Source: Desulfocapsa sulfexigens DSM 10523 (GTDB taxonomy: Bacteria > Desulfobacterota > Desulfobulbia > Desulfobulbales > Desulfocapsaceae). Taken from it: DNA of 32,000 bases. The notes under the pieces were generated by a model that worked only from the letters and a program-made list of their open reading frames with translations, was not told where the DNA came from and did not search any database. The DNA lies in the NCBI RefSeq assembly GCF_000341395.1, contig NC_020304.1:360001-392000 (forward strand), read 5' to 3'. This document shows, one piece after another, positions 7,840 through 17,741 of this stretch (positions are counted from its first letter, which is position 1; the number at the start of each line of letters is the position of its first letter). Made by a program: the position numbers and the translations under genes.

Positions 7840-9584
7840 TTCGTGACCATTTCAGAGTTCTTGTTGTCAATCTTAGATCCGGCAAAGGACAGATTGTCCG
7901 ACTTGACGGTCGTAACACGGAAGCGGGAGGCAGTGGACTTGCCGCTCTTCTCTTTAATAAATATGGCCATGTTGATCGCCTCTGGAACGATCCCGAACAG
8001 CCTGTTATTTTTGCAATCGGCCCGCTCACCGGATATTTCCCACTGATGAGCAAGACCGTTTGCAGCTTTAAATCTCCTTATCATGATCAGTATACAGAAA
8101 GCCATGCGGGAGGTCGTTCTGCACTGTCACTCTGTTTTGCCAACCTTGACGCACTGGTAATTGTGGGAAAATCAGAACGACTCTGCTCACTCACCGTGAG
8201 TTCACGCTCACTTGACATACAAGATGTCTCCTTTATGAAAGGCATGAGTGTGGACGAGACCGGGAAGCTTTTGCGAGGAATGTCACCAGGATCAGGACAC
8301 CGCACTATTATGCGCATTGGCCCGGCCGGTGAAAACGGTGTCGCCATGGCAAACATCAATGTGGACACCTACCGCCATTTCGGCAGACTTGGTGGAGGGG
8401 CAGCCCTTGGTGCCAAAAACCTTAAGGGTATTATCATTTATGGTGATGCTGTTTTCCCCCAGCCCGAATCCAAAGAATACCCAAAACTCTTTACTGAGGT
8501 CTACAGACAGATTACAGCCACCGATATGATGAAAAAATATCACAACCTTGGTACTCCTGCCAATCTGCAGGGCCTCAACGACATTGAATCCCTGCCCTGG
8601 CGCAACCTCCAGGCCACAAGCGATCCTGCAATCGAGCAAATTAACGGTGAGCGTTTTGCCACTGACAATCTGCTCCGCAACTCCGCCTGTTCCGGATGCC
8701 CGGTCGGTTGCATCCACGTCGGCTATGTCCGGGAAATGTTTGATGCCAACCATCGCTACACGTTCAAACAGGTTGCCTATGATTACGAGATGATTTTCTC
8801 ACTTGGCACCATGCTGGGAGTAACCAGTACTCGTTCCGTTCTCAACATCCTTGATGAAATGGAAAAGGCAGGACTTGATGCCATGTCGGGTGGTGTTGCC
8901 CTGGCCTGGGCCACGGAGGCCACTGAAAAAGAGCATATTTCCGAAAAAGAAACAGAGGTGAAACTTTCCTTCGGAGATGCCAAAGCCTACCAGCAGGCGA
9001 CAGTGCTTCTTGGAAATGGCAGCAATCACTTTTACAGGCTCCTTGGCCAGGGAAGCCTCAAGGCCGCAGCGGAATATGGCGGTGCTGACTTTGCCTGTGT
9101 GCTCGGCCAGGAGATGGCAGGCTATGCCACCGGAGAGGTCTTCTTTGCCGCCCAATCCCTTGGTTTCAGGCACTCCCATCTTGACAGCGGAGGCTACTCC
9201 TACGACCAGAAACACTCAGACCAGGATGTTGCAGGCGTGATAGATTTTCTGATAAAGGATGAGGCTGGACGTGCCTTCATGACATCCATGGTTTCCTGCC
9301 TCTTTGCAAGGGGAGTATATAAAGATGCGCTGCTTGCGGACTGTCTTAATTCCGTCGGCTATCCGGAACTTGCTGCAACCATTGACACAGCAGGAGCTCA
9401 TATCCAGAAAATTCGCTGGCAAACAAGGATTGCCACGGGATTTTCTCCTGAAAATATCACTATTCCAAAACGTTTCTTTAAGATTAAGACCTGGAAAGGC
9501 CCCATTGACCCACTCTATCTCAACACCCTAAAGAGCGAGTACGGAAAAGCCATAATCAAGCTTGCAGGAGTTACGACGCTATGA
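7836..9584 (+). CDS. Aldehyde:ferredoxin oxidoreductase family protein (tungsto/molybdopterin enzyme)
   Basis: The AOR N-terminal pattern is present: RVLVVNLRSGKG...GGSGLAALLF...GPLTG...DALVIVGKSE. The [4Fe-4S] motif is CSGCPVGC and a distal Cys lies in MVSCLFARG. The pterin-binding-like motif is GLDAMSGG. The gene is ATGA-coupled on both sides, at 7836 and 9581. Confidence 0.85.
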   Translation: MIRDHFRVLVVNLRSGKGQIVRLDGRNTEAGGSGLAALLFNKYGHVDRLWNDPEQPVIFAIGPLTGYFPLMSKTVCSFKSPYHDQYTESHAGGRSALSLCFANLDALVIVGKSERLCSLTVSSRSLDIQDVSFMKGMSVDETGKLLRGMSPGSGHRTIMRIGPAGENGVAMANINVDTYRHFGRLGGGAALGAKNLKGIIIYGDAVFPQPESKEYPKLFTEVYRQITATDMMKKYHNLGTPANLQGLNDIESLPWRNLQATSDPAIEQINGERFATDNLLRNSACSGCPVGCIHVGYVREMFDANHRYTFKQVAYDYEMIFSLGTMLGVTSTRSVLNILDEMEKAGLDAMSGGVALAWATEATEKEHISEKETEVKLSFGDAKAYQQATVLLGNGSNHFYRLLGQGSLKAAAEYGGADFACVLGQEMAGYATGEVFFAAQSLGFRHSHLDSGGYSYDQKHSDQDVAGVIDFLIKDEAGRAFMTSMVSCLFARGVYKDALLADCLNSVGYPELAATIDTAGAHIQKIRWQTRIATGFSPENITIPKRFFKIKTWKGPIDPLYLNTLKSEYGKAIIKLAGVTTL

Positions 9585-10291
9585 ATCATTCAATAAACCT
9601 TCATTCATTTTCGGACAAAGATAGCCTGATCACAGACCTTACGCTTAAAATCGCTGCTCTGCTCAATGCCGGAATAAAAAAAAATGGCCGGGCAGGCCTT
9701 GCCGTATCCGGTGGTTCCACTCCAGTCCAGCTCTTCAAGAGTCTCTCAAACAGTGATATTCCGTGGCATACTGTTGACATCACCCTTGTCGATGAACGCT
9801 GGGTTCCACCCGACAACCAGGATTCCAACGAACATCTGGTACGCAGCCACCTCCTGCAAAACAGGGCCGCAACTGCGAGCTTTACCGGCATGTGGAACAC
9901 TGCAGCAACGGCACAAGATGGAGAGGCTCTGTGCGCAGAGCGATTACAGAACACCCACCATCCCATTGACGTATTAATACTGGGCCTTGGAAATGATGGC
10001 CACACTGCCTCTCTTTTCCCCGGAGCTGCCAGGCTCCCCCAAGCCACCGATATGAATTCAGGAAAAATCTGTATGGCTATTACTCCGGTTACGGCACCCC
10101 ACGAACGAATGACCCTGACCCTTCCCGCAATTCTTAACGCAAAACAGATTTTTCTCCATATCACAGGACAGAACAAGAAAGATGTCCTGGAGCAGGCGCT
10201 TGGTGATGGCCCTTCAGAAGAAATGCCAATCCGTTTTATCCTGCAGCAACAGACACAAAAAACAAATTTCAACGTCTACTGGGCAAACTAA
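9581..10291 (+). CDS. pgl: 6-phosphogluconolactonase
   Basis: Motifs seen: GLAVSGGSTP, VDERWVPPDNQDSN and ILGLGNDGHTASLFPG. Confidence 0.92.
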   Translation: MNHSINLHSFSDKDSLITDLTLKIAALLNAGIKKNGRAGLAVSGGSTPVQLFKSLSNSDIPWHTVDITLVDERWVPPDNQDSNEHLVRSHLLQNRAATASFTGMWNTAATAQDGEALCAERLQNTHHPIDVLILGLGNDGHTASLFPGAARLPQATDMNSGKICMAITPVTAPHERMTLTLPAILNAKQIFLHITGQNKKDVLEQALGDGPSEEMPIRFILQQQTQKTNFNVYWAN

Positions 10292-10303
10292 TGGAGAAAT
10301 ACT

Positions 10304-12133
10304 ATGCATAGAGTTGTTGAACAGGTTACAAATCGCATTATAGAACGGAGTAAACCACATCGTCAAAGCTACCTCCAGCGTATCGACGAGGCAAAGGGTG
10401 ACGGAGTTTTTCGTAACAGCCTGCCCTGTCCCAATCTGGCCCACGATCTCGCCGGATGTGTCGGAACCTGTCGCAGCTCTCTGCTCGATGCCAGTGTTCC
10501 CAACATTGCGATCATCTCCGCCTATACCGATATGGTCTCAGCCCATCAACCATATGGCAAATATCCCGAGATTATCAAGGAATCCGTTGCCAAAGCCGGC
10601 GGTAATGCCCAGTTTGCAGGTGGTGTTCCCGCCATGTGCGATGGTGTCACCCAGGGTGAGGCAGGAATGGATATGAGCCTTATGAGCCGTGACGTCATCG
10701 CCATGTCAACTGTTATCGGCCTGTCACACAATGTCTTTGACGGGGCCATCCTCCTTGGTGTATGCGATAAAATCCTGCCAGGACTCCTTATGGGGGGGCT
10801 GCAGTTTGGCCACCTGCCCATGATTCTTATCCCTGCAGGGCCAATGACCTCAGGGATTGCCAACAAAGACAAAAACACGGTCAGGGAGGCATACGCAAAG
10901 GGTGAGGTCGGTCACGCTGAACTTCTCGCATCGGAAGTGAAAGCCTATCACAGCCCCGGAACCTGTACCTTCTACGGAACGGCTAACTCCAACCAGCTCA
11001 TGGCGGAAATGCTGGGTATGCATCTCCCCGGCAGTTCTTTTGTAAATGCCGGGACAAAACTCAGGGAGGCCCTCACCCGATCCGCAGCCGAACGTATCAC
11101 ATCACTTACCCACCTGGGCAGAAACTACACGCCTCTTGCCCATGTGATCAGTGAAAAGGCAATCGTGAACGCCATTGTCGGACTTATGGCCACGGGCGGC
11201 TCCACCAACGAGACCATGCACCTGGTGGCCATTGCCCGCGCCGCCGGAATACGCATTGACTGGAATGATTTTGCGGAAATTTCGGATATCACCCCTCTTC
11301 TGGTACGTATCTATCCCAACGGTTCAGGTGATATCAACTCCTTCCAACGGGCTGGAGGTATGGCCCTTCTTATTCGAGAGTTACTCAAGGGTGGACTTCT
11401 CCACGAAGACGTACAAACCGTAGCAGGAAAGGGCTTTGCACAATACACCGAGGCACCTCTGCTAGAAAATGGCCGGACGGTGTGGCGAAAGGGGCCCGAA
11501 CAGGCAGGAGACAGCACTGTCATCGCAACGGTAAACAAACCCTTTGAATTACTTGGCGGAATCAAAGTCCTCTCCGGTAACCTTGGCCGGGCGATCATGA
11601 AGATATCGGCCCTTGCCGATGGTGAAAAAACCTTCGTTGAGGCACCCGCCATGGTCTTCAACTCCCAGCAGGAGCTTGAAGATGCCTTTAAGGCTGACAG
11701 ACTCAACAGAGATATGGTCGCGGTAGTTCGGTTTCAAGGGCCTCGTGCCAACGGCATGCCGGAACTCCATAAACTGATAACCCACCTTTCTATCACCATG
11801 GATAGGGGCTACAAAGTCGGACTGGTAACGGATGGCCGTCTTTCCGGTGCTTCCGGCAAGGTTCCTTTTGCCATCCACTGCACTCCTGAGGCGGTAACAG
11901 GTGGACTGCTGAACAAGGTCCAGGATGGAGATATCATCTGCATGGATGCTCACAACTCCATCTTGGAACTGAAAGTCAATGAGGAGGAGCTGGGGAAACG
12001 TCAGGCCTTCGTTCACAATCTGGATGCCACCCGTTACGGACTCGGGAGGCAGGTTTTTGCTCCGCTGCGAAAGAATCTGCTCGGGGCCGAAGAGGGAGCA
12101 AGTTCCATCTTCACGTATAGGGACGAAAACTAA
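10304..12133 (+). CDS. edd: Phosphogluconate dehydratase (Entner-Doudoroff dehydratase)
   Basis: The protein is collinear with E. coli Edd from end to end. Shared segments include [79 protein letters not shown] and PEA..GG. Confidence 0.96.
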   Translation: MHRVVEQVTNRIIERSKPHRQSYLQRIDEAKGDGVFRNSLPCPNLAHDLAGCVGTCRSSLLDASVPNIAIISAYTDMVSAHQPYGKYPEIIKESVAKAGGNAQFAGGVPAMCDGVTQGEAGMDMSLMSRDVIAMSTVIGLSHNVFDGAILLGVCDKILPGLLMGGLQFGHLPMILIPAGPMTSGIANKDKNTVREAYAKGEVGHAELLASEVKAYHSPGTCTFYGTANSNQLMAEMLGMHLPGSSFVNAGTKLREALTRSAAERITSLTHLGRNYTPLAHVISEKAIVNAIVGLMATGGSTNETMHLVAIARAAGIRIDWNDFAEISDITPLLVRIYPNGSGDINSFQRAGGMALLIRELLKGGLLHEDVQTVAGKGFAQYTEAPLLENGRTVWRKGPEQAGDSTVIATVNKPFELLGGIKVLSGNLGRAIMKISALADGEKTFVEAPAMVFNSQQELEDAFKADRLNRDMVAVVRFQGPRANGMPELHKLITHLSITMDRGYKVGLVTDGRLSGASGKVPFAIHCTPEAVTGGLLNKVQDGDIICMDAHNSILELKVNEEELGKRQAFVHNLDATRYGLGRQVFAPLRKNLLGAEEGASSIFTYRDEN

Positions 12134-12178
12134 CCAGAAGAGCAACAACCACCTCAAACCGAACACCGGGGTATTCAT

Positions 12179-12817
12179 ATGAACAACATAAACAACTGGA
12201 AACGCTCTGCTCTCGACATCCTCAAAACCGGTCCCGTGGTGCCGGTAATTGTGATTCACGATCTCGACCATGCCGTCCCCCTTGCAAAGGCTCTTGTCGC
12301 AGGCGGCATCAAAGTACTGGAAGTCACTCTGCGCACTCCTGTTGCCATTGAGGCGATCAGAATGATCAGTGAAGAAGTGCCGGATGCCATTGTCGGTGCC
12401 GGAACAGTAGCCACAGAGGATGACTTAGACGCAGTTGCTGCCGCCGGTGGAGTTTTCGCCATCAGTCCGGGACTGACCCCTGCCCTCCTCAGCGCTGCAA
12501 TCAATGGACCCATCGCACTGATTCCTGGGATATCAACAGCATCCGAACTGATGCTGGGCATGGAGTACGGCCTCAGAGAATTCAAGTTCTTTCCGGCAGA
12601 AGCAGCCGGAGGAATACAGATGATCAAAGCCATTGGAGCTCCTTTTCCACAGGCGACCTTCTGCCCCACCGGCGGCATCTCTCCCGAGAATTACAAAAAG
12701 TACCTCGGTCTTGGAAACGTCGCCTGTGTCGGTGGATCATGGCTGGCACCAGGAGATGCTATGAAACAGGGCGCGTGGCAGAAGATAACAGATCTTGCCC
12801 GTAAGGCTCTGGCCTGA
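12179..12817 (+). CDS. eda: 2-keto-3-deoxy-6-phosphogluconate (KDPG) aldolase
   Basis: Motifs seen: VVPVIVI...[27 protein letters not shown] and [11 protein letters not shown] (Schiff-base Lys context). Length is 212 aa. Confidence 0.93.
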   Translation: MNNINNWKRSALDILKTGPVVPVIVIHDLDHAVPLAKALVAGGIKVLEVTLRTPVAIEAIRMISEEVPDAIVGAGTVATEDDLDAVAAAGGVFAISPGLTPALLSAAINGPIALIPGISTASELMLGMEYGLREFKFFPAEAAGGIQMIKAIGAPFPQATFCPTGGISPENYKKYLGLGNVACVGGSWLAPGDAMKQGAWQKITDLARKALA

Positions 12818-12832
12818 GAGAACAGGATTTAA

Positions 12833-13681
12833 ATGATCACAAACAAAAATACTCCGGGCAGTTTTGACTATATTGAAATCCAGAACGCAAGCGCCAACGC
12901 CAGAGTGGCTCTGCAGGGTGGCCACCTCTTTCATTACCAGCAGCTCCACAGAAAACCTCTGATCTGGCTCAGCGGAAAAAGTCCTTTTGAAAAGGGAAAA
13001 GCGATCCGGGGCGGCATTCCGGTCTGCTGGCCATGGTTTGGACAACACCCCACCGATTCGTCCCTGCCGCAACACGGTTTGGCACGGACATCCCTCTTTG
13101 AACTCATCGATTCCCAGGAACCCGACGAAAACAGCACCGAACTCCTGCTGCAGCTGCAGAGCTCAGCCGAAACACTCAGCATCTGGCCCTATCGATTCCA
13201 ACTTTTACTAAAAATAACCGTCGGCCCAGCACTCACCCTTGCCCTTACGACCAAAAACTCCGACACAAAACCGTTTACAATCACTTCAGCTCTCCACAGT
13301 TACTTTGCCATCGACGATATTGGCAAGGTGTCTGTTCAGGGAATGGATGAGACTGAATACCTGGATCTTCTGACCAACCAGACACTGATCCAACGGGGCA
13401 GCATTCATATTGATAAAGAAGTTGACAGAGTGTATCGGAAAAGTGCGAACACAGCACTGCTTCTCGACGGTACCAGAACTGTTCAGATACGCTCAGAGGG
13501 ATCTTCATCCACTGTTATATGGAACCCATGGAGCGACAAGTCAAAAAGCATGTCCGATATGGAGGACGATTCCTATCAAACCATGCTTTGTATCGAAACG
13601 GCAAATGCCAAACAGGACGCACGAACTATTGCATCCGGTGAAGAACATTGTCTGAAGGTATCTTTGACAGAATCTGTATGA
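12833..13681 (+). CDS. D-hexose-6-phosphate mutarotase (glucose-6-phosphate 1-epimerase, YeaD-like)
   Basis: Segments match E. coli YeaD: ALQGGHL, IRGGIPVCWPWFG, HGLAR, TSALHSYFAIDDIGKVSVQG, DRVY and CIETANA. Confidence 0.88.
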   Translation: MITNKNTPGSFDYIEIQNASANARVALQGGHLFHYQQLHRKPLIWLSGKSPFEKGKAIRGGIPVCWPWFGQHPTDSSLPQHGLARTSLFELIDSQEPDENSTELLLQLQSSAETLSIWPYRFQLLLKITVGPALTLALTTKNSDTKPFTITSALHSYFAIDDIGKVSVQGMDETEYLDLLTNQTLIQRGSIHIDKEVDRVYRKSANTALLLDGTRTVQIRSEGSSSTVIWNPWSDKSKSMSDMEDDSYQTMLCIETANAKQDARTIASGEEHCLKVSLTESV

Positions 13682-13724
13682 ATTTTTTTCAGAAAAGAGA
13701 ATATTACACTCTCAAGGAGACAGG

Positions 13725-16262
13725 ATGGATCTAAAACAAAAAGAAGATTCCCGAAAAGAACGTATACAAAAACTCAAACGCGGTTTCGCCTATAACATTT
13801 TCTACCGACAGGGAGTTACCCAAAAAACTGCAAGCCTTAATGATTACTACCTTGCGGTGGCCCACACCCTAAGAGACCGGATGCAGCATCTCTTTGTCAA
13901 TTCGGTACAGGCACTGCTGGAAAAAGACTCCAAGATAGTCTGCTATCTCTCCGCCGAATTTCTCACAGGTCCACACCTGCATAACAACTTGGTCAATCTT
14001 GGGCTTTATGAAGAGTTTGAACAGGCAACCCGGGAAACAGGCTTGAACCTCAAGGAACTTATCGACCTTGAAGAGGAACCAGGACTCGGTAACGGTGGCC
14101 TGGGAAGACTTGCCGCCTGCTATCTGGACTCACTCGCCTCCCAGCAGATTCCGGCAATCGGTTACGGTATCCGTTACGAGTACGGCATGTTTGACCAGGA
14201 AATCGCCGATGGCTGGCAAAAAGAACTCAGCGATTGCTGGCTCCACCCGGGTAATCCCTGGGAGATCAAAAAGGCCGATATGGCCTGTGACGTTGGATTC
14301 GGTGGACATACAGAAATATACCACGGAGAACACGGCAACCGACGAACACGCTGGATTCCTGCCCGGGTCATCACCGGGGTTCCCTACGACACCCCTATCC
14401 CAGGTTACAAGGTCAACAATGTCAACGTACTGCGCCTATGGAGTGCTGAAGCGCCCACATCCTTCGATTTTGCAGACTTTAACACCGGTGATTACTATGG
14501 AGCAGTCAAAGATAAAATAATGGCCGAAACCATCACCAAGGTACTTTACCCCAATGACGAGCAGTTTCAGGGCAAGAAACTGCGCCTGGAGCAGCAGTTC
14601 TTTTTTGTTTCCTGCTCTCTTCAAGATATGATTCGCATTCATCTCCATAGCAATGAATCCCTGGATGATCTCTACGATGATTTTGCAGCTCAGCTCAACG
14701 ATACCCATCCATCCGTAGCAGTACCGGAGTTAATGCGTCTCCTGATGGATGTCCATCTTTACGAATGGGATAAGGCCTGGGAAATCACCAAAAAGACACT
14801 CTGTTACACCAACCATACCCTGCTGCCCGAGGCCATGGAAAAATGGCAGATTGAGCTCTTCGAAGATCTTCTGCCCCGCCATCTTGAAATTATCTATGAA
14901 ATCAACAACCGCTTTCTGGATGAGGTTCGGATTAAATTTCCAGGTGATGCTGACCGTCTGAGCCGGATGTCCATTATCGATGAATCCGGCCCCAGATATG
15001 TGCGAATGGCCAACCTTGCCTGTATAGGCTCCAAGGCCATTAACGGGGTGGCTGCCATGCACACGGATCTGCTGCGCAGACATACCCTGGCCGACTGGAA
15101 TACCATGTATCCCGGTAAAATTCGTAATGTCACCAACGGTGTAACCCCCAGACGCTGGATTGCTGTAAGCAACCCCCGTTTAACCAAACTTATATGCGAC
15201 GCTATTGGGGAACAGTGGATCACCCGGCTCGACAAATTGAGAGACCTGGAAAAACTGGCAGATGATACCTCATTCCGGGATGCCTGGTATAAAGTCAAAA
15301 AAGAGAACAAGCAGGACGTAGCCAACCTAATCCTGAAAAAAGAACATCTGCAAATCGATCCGGAGGCGATGTTTGATGTCCAGGTTAAACGAATTCACGA
15401 GTACAAACGACAGCATTTGAATGTACTCCACATCATCACCCTCTATAACCGGATCAAGGCCAATCCGGCCATAGACGTCCCGCCCCGTCTCTTTGTCTTT
15501 GGTGGAAAGGCTGCCCCCGGTTACTTTATGGCCAAACGAATGATCAAACTGATCACCTCGGTGGCCCAGATCATAAATAATGACCCCGACATCCATGGCC
15601 GGATTAAAATATTTTTTATTCCCAACTACAATGTCAAGATTGGCCATATCGTCTACCCCATGACCGACCTTTCCGAACAGATTTCCCAGGCTGGAATGGA
15701 AGCCTCGGGGACCGGCAACATGAAATTCTCCATGAATGGCGCTCTCACCATCGGCACCCTGGATGGAGCCAATGTAGAGATTCGTGAAGAGGTGGGAGCA
15801 GAAAACTTTTTCCTTTTCGGACTCAATGTGGATGAGGTCATGAGTCTTCAGGCCTCGGGATATTCCCCAATGGACTATTACAACAGTAATGACGAATTGA
15901 AACAGGTCATTGACCTGATTGCATCGGGCCATTTTTCAGGCGGTGATCAGGAATTGTTCCGTCCTCTTGTCGACTCACTGCTGCATGAAGATAAGTATAC
16001 ACTTTTTGCTGACTATAAGGACTACATCAACTGCCAGGAGAGAGTTGGCCAAACCTATCAGGACAGGGATTGCTGGACCAGGATGTCGATCCTGAATACA
16101 GCACGAATGGGTAAGTTCTCTTCAGACCGCTCAATTATGGATTACAGCAGAAAGATATGGGACGTCAAAGCTTTTCCCGTTGAACTGAAGTGGGAACGAC
16201 TCCCCAAGGACGGAGTCCTCTTTACTCCCCCGACAAACAATAAAAAGGAAGCCCAGCCATGA
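13725..16262 (+). CDS. glgP: Glycogen/maltodextrin phosphorylase
   Basis: Motifs seen: GLGNGGLGRLAAC, the PLP-Lys region EASGTGNMKFSMNGALTIGTLDGANVEI, and RIHEYKRQ. Length is 845 aa. Confidence 0.96.
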   Translation: MDLKQKEDSRKERIQKLKRGFAYNIFYRQGVTQKTASLNDYYLAVAHTLRDRMQHLFVNSVQALLEKDSKIVCYLSAEFLTGPHLHNNLVNLGLYEEFEQATRETGLNLKELIDLEEEPGLGNGGLGRLAACYLDSLASQQIPAIGYGIRYEYGMFDQEIADGWQKELSDCWLHPGNPWEIKKADMACDVGFGGHTEIYHGEHGNRRTRWIPARVITGVPYDTPIPGYKVNNVNVLRLWSAEAPTSFDFADFNTGDYYGAVKDKIMAETITKVLYPNDEQFQGKKLRLEQQFFFVSCSLQDMIRIHLHSNESLDDLYDDFAAQLNDTHPSVAVPELMRLLMDVHLYEWDKAWEITKKTLCYTNHTLLPEAMEKWQIELFEDLLPRHLEIIYEINNRFLDEVRIKFPGDADRLSRMSIIDESGPRYVRMANLACIGSKAINGVAAMHTDLLRRHTLADWNTMYPGKIRNVTNGVTPRRWIAVSNPRLTKLICDAIGEQWITRLDKLRDLEKLADDTSFRDAWYKVKKENKQDVANLILKKEHLQIDPEAMFDVQVKRIHEYKRQHLNVLHIITLYNRIKANPAIDVPPRLFVFGGKAAPGYFMAKRMIKLITSVAQIINNDPDIHGRIKIFFIPNYNVKIGHIVYPMTDLSEQISQAGMEASGTGNMKFSMNGALTIGTLDGANVEIREEVGAENFFLFGLNVDEVMSLQASGYSPMDYYNSNDELKQVIDLIASGHFSGGDQELFRPLVDSLLHEDKYTLFADYKDYINCQERVGQTYQDRDCWTRMSILNTARMGKFSSDRSIMDYSRKIWDVKAFPVELKWERLPKDGVLFTPPTNNKKEAQP

Positions 16263-17722
16263 GTATGGAAAAGAAAGCATGTGATTTTACTATTTTTGGT
16301 GTGCTTGGAGATCTTTCACGACGCAAACTGATTCCATCACTGTATCAGCTCGACAAGGCGGGTTTACTGGACGAGAACACCCGCATTATCGGGGTGGCCC
16401 GTCATGAACTGAGCCAGGAAGATTTCGCGGCTAAGATGCAGAATAGCCTGGAAACATTCGTTAAGAAAGGACTTGACCCAAAAGTAATGAAACGCTTACT
16501 GGGAAGGCTCCACTATGTACTGATCAATCTGGATGTCCCTGAAGAATACAAACAACTGGAAGAGGTCATTGACCAGGAAAAACGGGTACTGGTAAACTAC
16601 TTTTCAGTGGCCCCTTCCCTCTTTGATGATATCTGCAAAGGTCTTGACCATGCTGGGATTGTCACTCCTGAAACCCGGGTGGTTCTTGAAAAACCCATCG
16701 GCCGTGATCTTGCCTCATCACAGGAGATTAACGATACCGTAGCAAAAGTGTTCACCGAAAATCAGGTCTACCGCATCGACCATTACCTCGGCAAGGAAAC
16801 GGTAATGAACCTTCTGGCACTTCGTTTTGCCAACTCCATCTTCACCACCAACTGGGATCACAACACCATTGATCATGTCCAGATTACCGTGGCTGAGGAA
16901 GTGGGAATAGAAGGGCGCTGGGGCTATTTTGATGAGTCCGGGCAAACACGGGACATGGTACAAAACCATCTGATGCAGATCCTGACCCTGGTGGCCATGG
17001 AACCACCGGTCAACATGGATGGCGATTCTATCCGCAATGAAAAACTGAAGGTACTCAAGGCACTGCGTCCCATAACCGCCGATACCGTCGAAGAAAAAAC
17101 CGTCCGCGGCCAGTATTCAGCAGGATTTATCAAGGGACAGGCTGTTCCCGGCTATCTTGAAGAGCAGGGAGGTAATCCCAATTCGACCACCGAGAGTTTT
17201 GTCGCCCTCCGGGTAGATATCGACAACTGGCGCTGGGCCGATGTCCCCTTCTATCTTCGCACCGGTAAACGCTTAACCACCAAACGCTCAGAGGTGGTCA
17301 TCTATTTCAAACGGCTTCCACACAATATTTTCAAGGACAGTTACAAGAAACTTCCCCGCAACAAGCTCGTTATTCGTCTCCAGCCCGACGAGGGAGTTGA
17401 AATCGAAATGATGAATAAGGTTCCTGGGATTGGGAAAGGTATCAAACTGCAGAAGACCGTACTGGATCTGAGTTTTTCAGATGCCTTCAGCGGTGAACGC
17501 GTGGCTGATGCCTACGAACGGCTCATTCTTGAAACCATGATAGGCAACCAATCACTCTTTATCCGCAGGGATGAGGTTGAACGCTCCTGGCAATGGATAG
17601 ATACCATCCAGAACGCCTGGGCACAATCCAGCGAACCGCCCAAACGGTATCCTGCGGGTACATGGGGGCCTGTTGCCTCGGTTGCCCTGCTGGCTCGTGA
17701 TGGACGGGAATGGGAAGAATAA
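16259..17722 (+). CDS. zwf: Glucose-6-phosphate 1-dehydrogenase
   Basis: Motifs seen: FTIFGVLGDLSRRKL (dinucleotide site), the signature RIDHYLGKE, and QNHLMQIL. The start is ATGA-coupled to the glgP stop at 16259-16262. Confidence 0.96.
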   Translation: MSMEKKACDFTIFGVLGDLSRRKLIPSLYQLDKAGLLDENTRIIGVARHELSQEDFAAKMQNSLETFVKKGLDPKVMKRLLGRLHYVLINLDVPEEYKQLEEVIDQEKRVLVNYFSVAPSLFDDICKGLDHAGIVTPETRVVLEKPIGRDLASSQEINDTVAKVFTENQVYRIDHYLGKETVMNLLALRFANSIFTTNWDHNTIDHVQITVAEEVGIEGRWGYFDESGQTRDMVQNHLMQILTLVAMEPPVNMDGDSIRNEKLKVLKALRPITADTVEEKTVRGQYSAGFIKGQAVPGYLEEQGGNPNSTTESFVALRVDIDNWRWADVPFYLRTGKRLTTKRSEVVIYFKRLPHNIFKDSYKKLPRNKLVIRLQPDEGVEIEMMNKVPGIGKGIKLQKTVLDLSFSDAFSGERVADAYERLILETMIGNQSLFIRRDEVERSWQWIDTIQNAWAQSSEPPKRYPAGTWGPVASVALLARDGREWEE

Positions 17723-17741
17723 CAAGGGACACACATACCAT

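Noticed and set aside
9601-10272. Long antisense ORFs inside well-supported genes. They are 9601-10272 (-) in pgl, 11549-12271 (-) in edd/eda, 18144-18779 (-) in pyk, 19690-20346 (-) in ackA, 21637-22221 (+) in katG, 27996-28619 (+) in amtB, 27450-27908 (+) opposite glnK and 4412-5177 (+) in the kinase.
   Set aside because: Each lies fully within a gene whose translation has strong, end-to-end family motifs. The antisense translations are low-complexity, rich in Ser, Pro and Arg, and show no recognisable domains, start contexts or SD sequences. Such shadow ORFs are expected at this GC content.
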